A stretch of DNA of 64,000 bases, from assembly GCA_963781585.1 (NCBI GenBank), contig CAWAGQ010000015.1, positions 31,474-95,473 on the forward strand, read 5' to 3'. This document shows, one piece after another, positions 17,947-27,813 of the stretch. The notes beneath the pieces were generated by a model, which ran no database searches, was not told the origin of the DNA, and saw nothing but the letters and a program-made list of their open reading frames with translations. A program made the position numbers and the translations under genes. The number at the start of each line of letters is the position of its first letter. The stretch's first letter is position 1. This stretch comes from an uncultured Gemmatimonadaceae bacterium (lineage in GTDB: Bacteria > Gemmatimonadota > Gemmatimonadetes > Gemmatimonadales > Gemmatimonadaceae).

Positions 17947-18099
17947 ATGCTCCTGACCATCGCAATCATTCTGCTGTTTCTATGGATGCTGGGTATGGTC
18001 TCGTCCTACACGTTTGGCGGCTTCCTCCATATCCTGCTCATCCTGGCCATCATCGTGGTGCTGGTCCGCATCATCAGCGGCCGCCGACCGGTGCTCTGA
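17947..18099 (+). CDS. lmo0937-family small membrane protein (50 aa)
   Basis: MLLTIAIILLFLWMLGMVSSYTFGGFLHILLILAIIVVLVRIISGRR matches the family pattern; GAGG upstream. Confidence 0.85.
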   Translation: MLLTIAIILLFLWMLGMVSSYTFGGFLHILLILAIIVVLVRIISGRRPVL

Positions 18100-18385
18100 C
18101 GCACCCGGTTGGCTTCCCGCCGACCGGGCGCAATGCGCATTCGGCCGCTCATCCACCAGTGGATGGGCGGCCGAATGCGTTTTGCGCCGATACTGGCTAC
18201 GGATGCGTCCGCGGTCGGACCACCTCCGCGATCAGTGCCTGCTGCCAACAGTCCACCGCGGTGGCGACTGTGCATTGGCCCACGGAGAGATGGCGTTAGG
18301 CAGCGGTCGGGGTCGCCAGGGATGTGGAACGCCGCGAGTCGGTCCTGGTACGACCACCCACTCCATACCGAGGCGGCATACCCCG

Positions 18386-18850
18386 ATGATTCCCGACACC
18401 GCACCTCCGCTCCCACCGCGTCCCTTCTCGCGGTTTGCCCAGCGTATCGCCAACACGGCCGGCCGGCCCGCGGCCTTCGTCGTCGCCGTGGCGGGCCTGG
18501 TCGTCTGGGCCGTGTTCGGACCGGTGTTCCGGTTCAGCGATACCTGGCAGCTGTTGATCAATACCATGACCACCATCATCACCTTCCTGATGGTGTTCCT
18601 CATCCAGAATACGCAGAATCGCGACAGCCTGAGCATTCACATCAAGCTCGACGAGTTGATCCGCACCCATCGGGCAGCCCGCAACGCGCTGATGATGCTC
18701 GAGCAACTCGATGACGACGATCTGCAGCGGATGCGGAACCAGCTGGAGGGCGTTGCCCGGGATGGTCCCGCGGCGGAGATACCGACGGCGCGGCATCCGC
18801 GTCGCCGCCGCGGCGCGCGCCGCCGTCCACGCCCGGGGCGCACCGGATAG
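18386..18850 (+). CDS. Low-affinity iron permease (Fet4-like) family protein
   Basis: FSDTWQLLINTMTTIITFLMVFLIQNTQNRD...IKLDELI signature. Confidence 0.9.
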   Translation: MIPDTAPPLPPRPFSRFAQRIANTAGRPAAFVVAVAGLVVWAVFGPVFRFSDTWQLLINTMTTIITFLMVFLIQNTQNRDSLSIHIKLDELIRTHRAARNALMMLEQLDDDDLQRMRNQLEGVARDGPAAEIPTARHPRRRRGARRRPRPGRTG

Positions 18851-19031
18851 GCGTCTCGTGCACCGGTGTCGATTGTCGAGGAACGGACGGACGTCGGGGC
18901 TGTTGGCGCACCGCCGGCGCACTGTAAGGCGACGGGCGACTTGACGGGCAAGGGACGGCGAAGACATTCGTCGTCGGCAACGCGCGATTCCTCCCGTTCG
19001 GGAACGCGGCAGCATGGGCCGGAGATCCTCC

Positions 19032-19829
19032 ATGACCAGGCAGGAGCAGAAAGCGCTCGACTTCCGCGCCCTCCACATCGGCGCGCCGTTCGTTATTCCC
19101 AACCCGTGGGACGCGGGCTCTGCCCGAGTGTTCGCCGCACTGGGCTTCAAGGCGCTGGCCACCACGAGTTCGGGATTCGCGTTCACGCTCGGGCGCAGAG
19201 ACGGTAGCGTCACCCTGGATGAGATGGTAGAACACGCGCGGGCGCTCGATCGGGCCACCAAACTGCCGGTATCGGTCGACCTGGAGAACGGCTACGGTCC
19301 GCTGCCGGAGGACGCCGCGAATGCGATCGTACGGATCGCCGGAGCCGGCGCGGTCGGCGGATCCATTGAAGACTACGACCGCGACGGCGACTTCCTGTAT
19401 GACTTGGGGCTCGCCACCGAGCGGGTCGCCGCGGCGGCGCGCGCCGCGCACGGCCTCGCGTTTCCGTTCACGCTGACGGCGCGTGCTGAGAACCTCATCC
19501 GTGGCAATCCCGATCTCGGGGATACCATCGCGCGTCTCCAGGCGTTCGAGGCGGCCGGGGCCGATGTCCTGTACGCCCCGGGACTGCGGACGATCGACGA
19601 GATACGTGCAGTGTGCCGAGCGCTGTCCAGACCGGTGAACGTGCTGGCGCGATCCGATCTTCCGGTCGCAGCGATCTTCGAGGCCGGCGCCCAGCGCGTC
19701 AGCGTGGGCGGTGCTCTCACCTGGGTTGCGGTCAAGGCGATGGCCGATGCCGCCACCGCGATCCGTGATGGCGGAGATCTTTCCCCGCTGGCCGCCCGTG
19801 TTCCGCTGGACGCGTGGTTCGGGCGCTGA
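19032..19829 (+). CDS. Isocitrate lyase / PEP mutase family protein
   Basis: PNPWDAGSAR, ALATTSSG, SVDLENGYG, SIED, TARAE, AGADVLYAPG. Confidence 0.9.
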   Translation: MTRQEQKALDFRALHIGAPFVIPNPWDAGSARVFAALGFKALATTSSGFAFTLGRRDGSVTLDEMVEHARALDRATKLPVSVDLENGYGPLPEDAANAIVRIAGAGAVGGSIEDYDRDGDFLYDLGLATERVAAAARAAHGLAFPFTLTARAENLIRGNPDLGDTIARLQAFEAAGADVLYAPGLRTIDEIRAVCRALSRPVNVLARSDLPVAAIFEAGAQRVSVGGALTWVAVKAMADAATAIRDGGDLSPLAARVPLDAWFGR

Positions 19830-20111
19830 GCGGTCTGGACGCGGAGCCGATTCGACGGCGGCGAGGTTGTCACGCAGGACGTTGGCATGGAGCTGCGCCC
19901 TGCGACGTCGCTAGCGCATCCGGGGCGCGCTCCGCCGCTCGTGGTTGGACTGCAGCCTCTGCAGCACGAGGGCGGCCTCAGGCGCAACGGAAGAGTTGGT
20001 CAGGAGACGCGCGGGGCACATTGCGTTTTGTGCTCCTTCAGCCTATCAAGGATCCCCTTCGTTACGGCGTTCACTGCGAACGTGACCACGCATCGCCTCG
20101 GAGAACAAGTC

Positions 20112-20990
20112 ATGACCAGCGCGCCACTCAAGACCCCGCCGACCGGAACGGCGGCGATCAGCGATCACGACACGCACCAGGTCGAGCGCGCGAACGCCAC
20201 GGGACGCGTGCCGGTGGTGTTCGTCCATGGACTCTGGCTGCTGCCGAGCAGCTGGGACCGATGGGCCACGCTGTTCGATGACGCGGGGTACGCCGCGCTC
20301 ACCCCCGGATGGCCGGACGATCCCGAGACGGTCGGAGCGGCGAAGGCGCATCCCGAGGTCTTCGCGCACAAGACCGTTGGGCAGGTCGCCACGCATCTGG
20401 AAGGGATCATTCGCGCGCTCGACCGGAAGCCCGCGATCATCGGCCACTCGTTTGGCGGGTTACTCGTTCAGATCCTCGCCGGGCGCGGACTGGCGCACGC
20501 CACGGTCGCGATCGATCCCGCGCCGTTTCGCGGGGTGCTCCCCCTGCCCTATTCGGCGCTCCGTTCGGCGTGGCCCGTGCTGCACAATCCGGCGAACGTG
20601 CACCGCGCGGTGCCGCTCACCTTCGAGCAATTCCGCTTCGGATTCGCCAACGCGGTGAGCGAGGAGGAGGCCAAATCGCTCTACGAGACCTTTGCGGTAC
20701 CCGCGTCAGGCACTCCAATCTTCGAAGCGGCCACCGCGAACATCAATCCGTGGACCGAGGTGAAGGTCGATACCATGAACCCGGCGCGCGGGCCGATGCT
20801 GATCATCTCAGGCGACAAGGATCACACGGTGCCCTGGGCGATCGCGAACGCATCGTACAAGAAGCAGAAGCGCAATCCCGGGGTCACCGAGGTGGTCAAG
20901 ATGAAGAACCGCGGGCACGCGCTGACCATCGACAGCGGATGGCGCGAGGTGGCCGATACCGCGCTCGCGTTCGTCAGGCGGTTCGGCTGA
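20112..20990 (+). CDS. Alpha/beta hydrolase
   Basis: VVFVHGLW, GHSFGG nucleophile elbow, GDKDHTVP, RGH. Confidence 0.9.
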   Translation: MTSAPLKTPPTGTAAISDHDTHQVERANATGRVPVVFVHGLWLLPSSWDRWATLFDDAGYAALTPGWPDDPETVGAAKAHPEVFAHKTVGQVATHLEGIIRALDRKPAIIGHSFGGLLVQILAGRGLAHATVAIDPAPFRGVLPLPYSALRSAWPVLHNPANVHRAVPLTFEQFRFGFANAVSEEEAKSLYETFAVPASGTPIFEAATANINPWTEVKVDTMNPARGPMLIISGDKDHTVPWAIANASYKKQKRNPGVTEVVKMKNRGHALTIDSGWREVADTALAFVRRFG

Positions 20991-21077
20991 AGAACCCGCG
21001 CCGGCGGTACGGAACCGATTGCGACCCGTACCCGTGTCGTGGACTCACCACGACGCGCGCCGGCTCCCGCCTCGGCC

Positions 21078-21791
21078 TCACTCCCGCGCCGCCGATCCCC
21101 CCGGCCGCTGGCCGTAGTACGCCTCAGGGCCGTGCTTCCGCCGGAAGTGCCGCGCCAGGAGCGCCGGGGCGATCATCCCGGCGCCTGCCTCGAGGGTCAG
21201 CGTGCGATACGCCATCGTCGCCACCTCCTCCAGCATCGACGCGCACTCCACCGCGTCGCCCACCGACCGCCCCCAGCAGAAACTCGCGTGACCGGCCACC
21301 AGCACGGCCGGCATCTCGAGTGGATCGAGTTCTGCGAACCGGCGCACGATCGCGCGCCCGGTGTTCGCCTCGTACTCCCGTTCGATCTGGTCGTCGTCCA
21401 GCGGGTCGGTGACCGGGACCGGTCCGTTGAAGTAGTCGGCATGGGTGGTCCCGAGACACGGGATCTCGCGGCGCGCCTGCGCCCAGGCGGTGGCGTACGG
21501 GGAATGGGTGTGCACCACGCCGCCGATCGCCGGCCAGGCGCAGTACAGCTGAAGGTGCGTCGCCAGATCGGATGACGGGCGGAACTTCCCCTCCACCACC
21601 TGTCCCTGCAGGTCGGTGATCACCATGTTCCGCAGCGTCAGGCTCTCGTAAGGCACCCCGCTCGGCTTGATCGCAACCAGCTGACTGTCGCGATCGATCG
21701 CGCTGGCGTTGCCGAACGTGTAGTGCGCCAGGTCCCGGCGCTGGAGCTCGGCGTTGGCTTCGAGCACCTGCTCGCGGAGCGCGCGCGTCAT
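21078..21791 (-). CDS. araD: L-ribulose-5-phosphate 4-epimerase
   Basis: TFGNAS, IKPSGV, PSSD..TH, VVHTHS, GTTHADYF, RHF.RKHG..AYYGQ. Confidence 0.95.
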   Translation of the reverse strand: MTRALREQVLEANAELQRRDLAHYTFGNASAIDRDSQLVAIKPSGVPYESLTLRNMVITDLQGQVVEGKFRPSSDLATHLQLYCAWPAIGGVVHTHSPYATAWAQARREIPCLGTTHADYFNGPVPVTDPLDDDQIEREYEANTGRAIVRRFAELDPLEMPAVLVAGHASFCWGRSVGDAVECASMLEEVATMAYRTLTLEAGAGMIAPALLARHFRRKHGPEAYYGQRPGGSAARE

Positions 21792-23611
21792 GCGATGCCC
21801 GCCCGTTCCTTCGCCTTCCCGATGATCGCCGCCATCACATCGCGGTACTTCGTGAACGTGTCGTCCACCACCTGCAGCGTGGGGATTGCGTTAGGCGAGA
21901 GGTTGAGCGTCTCGGCGTTGAACCGGCCGAACCCGGATTCGTGCACCCCGCTGCTGCCGCGCCCGGGCGCCGGGCTGCTGAGGTGCTGGAAGAAGCGCGC
22001 GTACTTCCGCCAGATGGCGCCCCCACCGGCGTGATACATCGGGATGAACCCGTACAGCGCGTCGTACGGCATCTCCCCGACGCACACCACCTTGGGGTAC
22101 CTGGTCCGCAGGTTCGTCACCAGCCGCTTCGTCCCCTCGTGCATGTCGCCGGTGGTGCTGTTCACGTGCCCGCCCACGATGTCGAGGAAGTACGCGTCCA
22201 CGCCGTAGCGGTCGATAGTGTCCGCGATGCGCCCTTCCATCCAGGTGCGCCACGAATCGGCGCCGAGGTTCATGTAGGTGAGCCAACCGTCCTGATGTCG
22301 GTCGTTGTTCCAGTCCACCCAGTTCAGGTTGTAGATGTCACCGTCGATCTTGTGCGTCGCGCCGCTCTCGATGCGCGGCCAGCTGGCGAGTTTCCGGTTG
22401 GCCGCGTTGGTCCCGAACATCGGCATCATCCGGAAACCGAGCTTCTGCCCTTCGCTGATCAATCGGCGGAATCCCGCTTCGCCGCCCATCCGGTCCGACG
22501 CCCGGTATTCCGGATAGTCCCAGTAGTAGCGCCCGTCCCAGGCCGAGATGAACGCCAACACCCGATCGGCCGGAATCTGCGTCGCCATCCAGCGGAGGAT
22601 CTCCAGCATCCGGGCATAGTCGTTGAACATGAAGCCCGTGTAGTGCATCCCGTGCAGCGTGGTGACCATCGCAATCTGCCGCATCCAGGCCGGCACGTCG
22701 TCGCGCTCGTCCCACTCGCGCAGCCCGTGCGCCCGCTCCAGGTGCTCGATGTGCGGCGCCAGCGCCGCCTCCATCGACGGCGCGCGGCCAAGGCGCCAGC
22801 GTGGAACCTCGACTCGCATGTCGTTGCGCCATCCGTCGTGCTCGTACACAGCCTCGACGCGATAGGCGCTCTCTCCCGGCTGAAAGTGGAATCGCTTCGG
22901 TCGCACCCGGTCGTCGAGCGACGAAATGAAGAACACGTCCTGCGCGCCCGGCGCCTGGACCATCGCCAGCGGGGTCGCCATGCCGGCCGCGGAACCCGGG
23001 CCGTGCAGATCGCCGGCGCCGAACGTGTAGCCGCCGAGCATTTCCCCATCGCGCGGGTCGAAGAAGTTGCCACCGCCGAGCGAGAGCTGTCCACGCGGCA
23101 CGTCGCGGATGATCGTCGTGACGGTCTTGACCGGGCGCCGCATCTCCACCACCGCATCCCACTCCACCGTGGACCCGTTTCGCCGAAAGGTGGCGGTGAG
23201 TTTCCCCGGTGCCTTCTCCTGTCCGCCCGCCCACACGAAACCGTCGCACGTCAGGCGCATTTCGTCGCCTGTCACCGCGGCGGTCATCGCATCACGGTCG
23301 AGGCTGTAGGTATTCTCATCGGTGAAAACGAGGAAGCCGAAGCGCAGGTCGGCAAATGCCACCGACGGTTCGGGATTGTCGAAGCTGAACTTCATGTACG
23401 CGCGACCTCGCGGCGGCACGAACACGTCGCTCGTGGACGTGAGCGGGAAGATGTCGCCCGGCGCATGGCGCAACGCGGCGCCAGGTGCGACCAGTGCGGG
23501 TCCCGCCCGCTCGGCGTCGTGCAGCACTCCCTCGGCGTCCGGGATCAGGCTTCCGGCGCCAACGGCCCCCACGACCTTGATCCAGTCGCGGCGCGAGATC
23601 GACTCATCCAT
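21788..23611 (-). CDS. Tat-exported uncharacterised (beta/alpha)8 glycoside hydrolase-like protein
   Basis: SRRDWIK twin-arginine signal; WDGRYYWDYP, MGGEAGF, YGVDAYFLD and VGEMPYD motifs; ATGA overlap with araD. Confidence 0.7.
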   Translation of the reverse strand: MDESISRRDWIKVVGAVGAGSLIPDAEGVLHDAERAGPALVAPGAALRHAPGDIFPLTSTSDVFVPPRGRAYMKFSFDNPEPSVAFADLRFGFLVFTDENTYSLDRDAMTAAVTGDEMRLTCDGFVWAGGQEKAPGKLTATFRRNGSTVEWDAVVEMRRPVKTVTTIIRDVPRGQLSLGGGNFFDPRDGEMLGGYTFGAGDLHGPGSAAGMATPLAMVQAPGAQDVFFISSLDDRVRPKRFHFQPGESAYRVEAVYEHDGWRNDMRVEVPRWRLGRAPSMEAALAPHIEHLERAHGLREWDERDDVPAWMRQIAMVTTLHGMHYTGFMFNDYARMLEILRWMATQIPADRVLAFISAWDGRYYWDYPEYRASDRMGGEAGFRRLISEGQKLGFRMMPMFGTNAANRKLASWPRIESGATHKIDGDIYNLNWVDWNNDRHQDGWLTYMNLGADSWRTWMEGRIADTIDRYGVDAYFLDIVGGHVNSTTGDMHEGTKRLVTNLRTRYPKVVCVGEMPYDALYGFIPMYHAGGGAIWRKYARFFQHLSSPAPGRGSSGVHESGFGRFNAETLNLSPNAIPTLQVVDDTFTKYRDVMAAIIGKAKERAGIA

Positions 23612-23750
23612 ACGCTCGTCCCCTCCGTCCCCATGGAACGTGGCCGGCGACGCACCTGGGCACCGCGGGCGCATTGCGGTCCGGCGACGCCTCGATAATG
23701 TAGGGGCGACCGCCTCTCCGCGAGGCCGGCACGACCATCCTCCAGAGCCG

Positions 23751-24938
23751 ATGCGCAGGCACCTCACCCCGGCGGCCCTTCTATTATGTATCCTCGGAAC
23801 CGCCGGATGCGCCGGCGGTTCCCGCGATCAGGGCTCATCCTCGACTGGCCGCAGCGCGGATCGCACGATGACGAACCATCCGTCGGTCGCCTCCGCGCCG
23901 TTCGGCGTCCTGCCGAGCGGCGATTCCGTTTCGATCTATACGATCACCAACCGGCACGGCCTGGAGGTGCGCGCCATGCCGTTCGGCGCCGAGATCGTCT
24001 CCATCCGCACTCCCGACCGGAACGGCGCATTCGCCGACATTACCCTCGGCTTCGATTCGCTGGCGGGCTATGAGGAGAACGCGCCGTACTTCGGGGCGCT
24101 GGTAGGGCGCTACGCCAATCGCATCGCACGGGGACGCTTCACGCTCGATGGCACGACCTACCGGCTGGCCACCAACAACGGGGTGAATGCGTTGCACGGC
24201 GGTGTGCGCGGATTCAACAAGGTGCTCTGGCAGGCGACTCCATTCGAGCACGACAGCTCCGCCGGCGTGGAGCTGCGCTACACCAGTCCGGACGGTGAGG
24301 AGGGCTATCCGGGCACGCTGCAGGTGCTGGTGACTTACACGCTCGGCGACGATGATCGGCTCGAGGTGGACTATCACGCGACGACCGACAAGGCGACGCC
24401 GGTGAATCTCTCGCAGCACAGCTATTTCAATCTGGCGGGAGAAGGGTCGGGCGACGTACTCGGCCAGGTGCTGACGATAGACGCGGACCGGTTCATTCCG
24501 GTGGATTCGACGTTGATCCCGATCGGGGAGCTCAAGGCGGTCCGGGGTACCGCATTCGATTTTCGCACGCCGACGCCGATCGGGGCCCGGATCGAGGCGG
24601 CCGACATGCAGCTTGCGGATGGTCATGGTTATGACCACACCTTCGTGCTCAACCGGAGCGACACGGGGCTGGTGCATGCGGCCCACGTCCTCGACCCGAC
24701 CTCGGGGCGCACGCTCGACGTCTGGACCACCGAGCCGGGAGTGCAGTTCTACACGGGTAACTTTCTCGATGGGACGGTGATCGGGAAGAACGGACACGCC
24801 TACGTGCGGCGGGGCGGCTTCTGTCTCGAGACCCAGCACTTCCCGGATTCGCCTAACGAGCCGAGGTTCCCGTCGACGATTCTGCGTCCAGGCCAGGAAT
24901 TCCGGTCGAAGACGGTATTCGGATTTGGCAGGCAGTAG
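23751..24938 (+). CDS. galM: Aldose 1-epimerase (mutarotase), lipoprotein-type signal
   Basis: GRYANRI, LHGG, EEGYPG, NLSQHSYFNL, GYDH, QFYTGN, CLETQHFPDSPN; LGTAGC lipobox-like signal. Confidence 0.93.
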   Translation: MRRHLTPAALLLCILGTAGCAGGSRDQGSSSTGRSADRTMTNHPSVASAPFGVLPSGDSVSIYTITNRHGLEVRAMPFGAEIVSIRTPDRNGAFADITLGFDSLAGYEENAPYFGALVGRYANRIARGRFTLDGTTYRLATNNGVNALHGGVRGFNKVLWQATPFEHDSSAGVELRYTSPDGEEGYPGTLQVLVTYTLGDDDRLEVDYHATTDKATPVNLSQHSYFNLAGEGSGDVLGQVLTIDADRFIPVDSTLIPIGELKAVRGTAFDFRTPTPIGARIEAADMQLADGHGYDHTFVLNRSDTGLVHAAHVLDPTSGRTLDVWTTEPGVQFYTGNFLDGTVIGKNGHAYVRRGGFCLETQHFPDSPNEPRFPSTILRPGQEFRSKTVFGFGRQ

Positions 24939-24944
24939 ATGGAA

Positions 24945-24981
24945 TCAGCCGTCAGCGAAACCAGCTGTCAGCGATCAGCAT
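24945..24981 (+). repeat. Degenerate heptamer repeats (TCAGCCG/TCAGCGA/CCAGCTG)
   Basis: Five YCAGCNN units in the galM-nitrilase gap. Confidence 0.6.
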
Positions 24982-25000
24982 TTCCCGACCCTTTCAACCC

Positions 25001-25954
25001 ATGCTTCCCGATTCAATCGTCCGTGCTGCCGTCGTGCAGCCCACCGGAATGCCATTCGACGCGCCGGGCGCGGTGCGCCGCGTGGGTGAGCTCACCGCGG
25101 CGGCCGCGCGCGATGGCGCGCAGCTCGCGCTCTTCCCGGAGGCGTTCGTGGGCGGATACCCCTGGGGGTTGGTCTTCGGCACCAGCATCGGCCGGCGCAC
25201 GGCGGAGGGCCGGCGCACCTGGGAGCGGTACTGGGCGAGTGCGATCGAGGTGCCGGGCGCCGAGACCGCGCAGCTCGGCGAGGCGGCGCGCGAGCATGGT
25301 CTGCACCTGGCTGTCGGCGTCATCGAACGCGATTCCACGTTCTCGCACGGCACGCTTTTCTGCACGCTCCTCTACTTCGGGCCCGACGGCGCTCTGGCGG
25401 GCAAGCATCGCAAACTCAAACCCACTGCCGCCGAGCGACTGATCTGGGGTGAGGGCGATGGCAGTACGCTCACGGTGCTCGACACCCCGCTCGGCAGAGT
25501 TGGTGGGCTGATCTGCTGGGAGAACTACATGCCCTTGGCGCGGATGGCCATGTACGCCAAGGGCGTGCAGATCTACCTCGCGCCCACGGCCGATGCGCGC
25601 GAGCGCTGGCAGGCGACGCTGCGCCATATTGCGCTGGAGGGGCGCTGCTTCGTGCTGGGGTGCAATCAGGTGGTGCGGAAGAGCGATTTCCCGAAGGACC
25701 TGGAGGTCGCGCCGGAACTTGATGCCTGGCCCGACCCGCTCTGCCGCGGCGGGAGCGCCATCTACTCGCCCCAGGGCGACTGCCTTGCCGGTCCGCTGTG
25801 GGATGAGGAGGGCGTCCTGATCGCGGATCTCGATATCGGCGAGGTGGCGCGCGGTAAATTCGATTTCGACGTCACCGGGCACTATGCCCGGCCCGACGTG
25901 TTTCAGCTACAGGTGAATGAAAGCGCGAAGGAGCCGGTAATCAGGAGTCAGTGA
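25001..25954 (+). CDS. Nitrilase (carbon-nitrogen hydrolase)
   Basis: FPEAFVGGYP (Glu), KHRKLKPT (Lys), LICWENYMP (Cys), GHYARPDVF. Confidence 0.93.
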   Translation: MLPDSIVRAAVVQPTGMPFDAPGAVRRVGELTAAAARDGAQLALFPEAFVGGYPWGLVFGTSIGRRTAEGRRTWERYWASAIEVPGAETAQLGEAAREHGLHLAVGVIERDSTFSHGTLFCTLLYFGPDGALAGKHRKLKPTAAERLIWGEGDGSTLTVLDTPLGRVGGLICWENYMPLARMAMYAKGVQIYLAPTADARERWQATLRHIALEGRCFVLGCNQVVRKSDFPKDLEVAPELDAWPDPLCRGGSAIYSPQGDCLAGPLWDEEGVLIADLDIGEVARGKFDFDVTGHYARPDVFQLQVNESAKEPVIRSQ

Positions 25955-25982
25955 CCAGCTTTCAGCCGTCAGCAACCAGTTC
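25941..25982 (+). repeat. Six consecutive degenerate heptamers YCAGNNN
   Basis: tcaggag tcagtga ccagctt tcagccg tcagcaa ccagttc; overlaps the nitrilase stop. Confidence 0.7.
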
Positions 25983-26018
25983 AGGCATTCAACAGCCAGC
26001 AACCTGCGACATACATCC

Positions 26019-27782
26019 ATGTCTCGCCGCCTCGTTTTCGTCCTGATCCTCGCTCTCCTTCCCCTCGAGCCGCTCGCGGCCCAGCCGGCCCGCACCTTCA
26101 CGCACGCCGATACGCTGCGCGGGTCGTTCGATACTCCCGGCCGTGTGTGGTGGGACGTCGCGTTCTACGACCTTCACGTCGCGATCCATCCGGCCGACAG
26201 CAGCATCCGCGGCTACAACGCCATCAGCTACCGCGTGCTGCAGCCCGCCCGCCAGATGCAGATCGACCTGATGGTGCCGCTGGAGGTGGACAGCATGATC
26301 CAGGACGGCCACGCGGTCGCCTTTCGTCGCGACGGGAACGCCTTCTTCGCCACCCTCGCCGCGCCGCAGCGAACGGGCGACCGGAACACCATCATCGTCT
26401 ACTATCACGGCCAACCGCAGGTCGCGAAGCGGCCGCCGTGGGATGGAGGATTCACCTGGACCACCGACAGCCTCGGTCATCCCTGGGTGGTGACGACCGA
26501 TCAGGGCTTGGGCGCAAGCGTCTGGTGGCCGAACAAGGACACTCAGGCGGACGAACCCGACAGCCAGCGCGTCGCGCTCACAGTTCCCGATCCGATGATC
26601 GACGTCTCCAACGGACGCCTCCGGAGCACCGTGCATAACGCGGATGGCACTACAACCTATGAGTGGTTCGTGGTGAATCCCATCAACAACTACGCGATCG
26701 CTGTCAACGCCGGCACCTACGACCACTTCTCACAGGTCTACAAGGGCGAAAGCGGGCCGCTTACGCTCGACTTCTGGCCGCTCACGTACCACGCCGAGGC
26801 GGCGCGACGCCAGTTCGAGCAGGCGCAGTCGATGCTGCAGTGCTTCGAGCACTGGTTCGGCCCGTATCCCTGGTACGAGGACGGATACAAGCTGATCGAG
26901 GTGCCCCACAACGGGATGGAGCACCAGAGCGCGGTGGCCTACGGGAACGGCTACGCCAACGGGTATCGGGGCCGCGACGTCTCGTTCACCGGCCTCGGGA
27001 TGAAGTTCGACTTCATCATCGTGCACGAGAGCGCCCACGAGTGGTTCGGCAACAACATCACCACCAGGGACATCGCCGACATGTGGGTGCACGAGAGTTT
27101 CGCCAATTACGCCGAGAACCTCTATACCGAGTGCCTGTTCGGGAAGGAGGCGGGCGCGCAGTACGTCATCGGCTCACGGCGCAACATCCGGAACGACCGC
27201 CCAATCATCGGCACCTACGGCGTGAACGCCGAAGGGTCGGGCGACATGTACTACAAGGGCGGCAACATGCTCCACACCATCCGCCAGATCGTGGACGACG
27301 ACGAGAAGTGGCGCGGGATCCTGCGGGGGCTGAACAAGACGTTCTGGCACCAGACCGTGATGGGGAGCCAGATCGAGCAGTACATCTCGCAGCAGGCGGG
27401 CATCGATCTGTCGAAGGTCTTCGATCAGTATCTGCGCACGCCCAACGTTCCGGTGTTCGAGTATCGGGTGCAGAGGCCAGAGGCCACAGGCCAGAGGCCA
27501 GAGGCCATCGCAGATCGGCCACAGGCCACAGCTCCGAGGCCACAGTTCATACCCGGTGGTCCACAGGCTACTCTCGCCTACCGGTGGAGCGGCGTGATCG
27601 ACGGTTTCGACATGCCGCTCAAGGTCACCGTCTCGGATTCCGGGTTCGCAGTGATCCATCCGACCGAGACGTGGCAGTCGATGTCGGTGCATCTCACCAA
27701 CCCGGACGACTTCAAGGTCGATCCCAGCTTTTTCGTGACGGTGCGCAGGGTCGAGGGCGGCGAACGGGACTCGAGGCCATGA
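26019..27782 (+). CDS. M1 family aminopeptidase, secreted, with an in-frame repeat-derived insertion
   Basis: GMEHQ, HESAHEWFGN...WVHESFA (HEXXH-18-E), YYKGG; signal peptide; low-complexity insert at 27471-27570. Confidence 0.92.
   Translation: MSRRLVFVLILALLPLEPLAAQPARTFTHADTLRGSFDTPGRVWWDVAFYDLHVAIHPADSSIRGYNAISYRVLQPARQMQIDLMVPLEVDSMIQDGHAVAFRRDGNAFFATLAAPQRTGDRNTIIVYYHGQPQVAKRPPWDGGFTWTTDSLGHPWVVTTDQGLGASVWWPNKDTQADEPDSQRVALTVPDPMIDVSNGRLRSTVHNADGTTTYEWFVVNPINNYAIAVNAGTYDHFSQVYKGESGPLTLDFWPLTYHAEAARRQFEQAQSMLQCFEHWFGPYPWYEDGYKLIEVPHNGMEHQSAVAYGNGYANGYRGRDVSFTGLGMKFDFIIVHESAHEWFGNNITTRDIADMWVHESFANYAENLYTECLFGKEAGAQYVIGSRRNIRNDRPIIGTYGVNAEGSGDMYYKGGNMLHTIRQIVDDDEKWRGILRGLNKTFWHQTVMGSQIEQYISQQAGIDLSKVFDQYLRTPNVPVFEYRVQRPEATGQRPEAIADRPQATAPRPQFIPGGPQATLAYRWSGVIDGFDMPLKVTVSDSGFAVIHPTETWQSMSVHLTNPDDFKVDPSFFVTVRRVEGGERDSRP
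27474..27570 (+). repeat. AGGCCA(G/C/T) heptamer array inside the aminopeptidase CDS
   Basis: Five consecutive units at 27474-27508, then degenerate copies; encodes QRPEATGQRPEAIADRPQATAPRPQ... Confidence 0.8.
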
Positions 27783-27813
27783 GCCGCGTCCACCGCGCAC
27801 CACCGGTACGGCC

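Noticed and set aside
21006..21032. Hairpin between convergent genes as a Rho-independent terminator
   Set aside because: 7-bp stem with a long loop and no U-tract.
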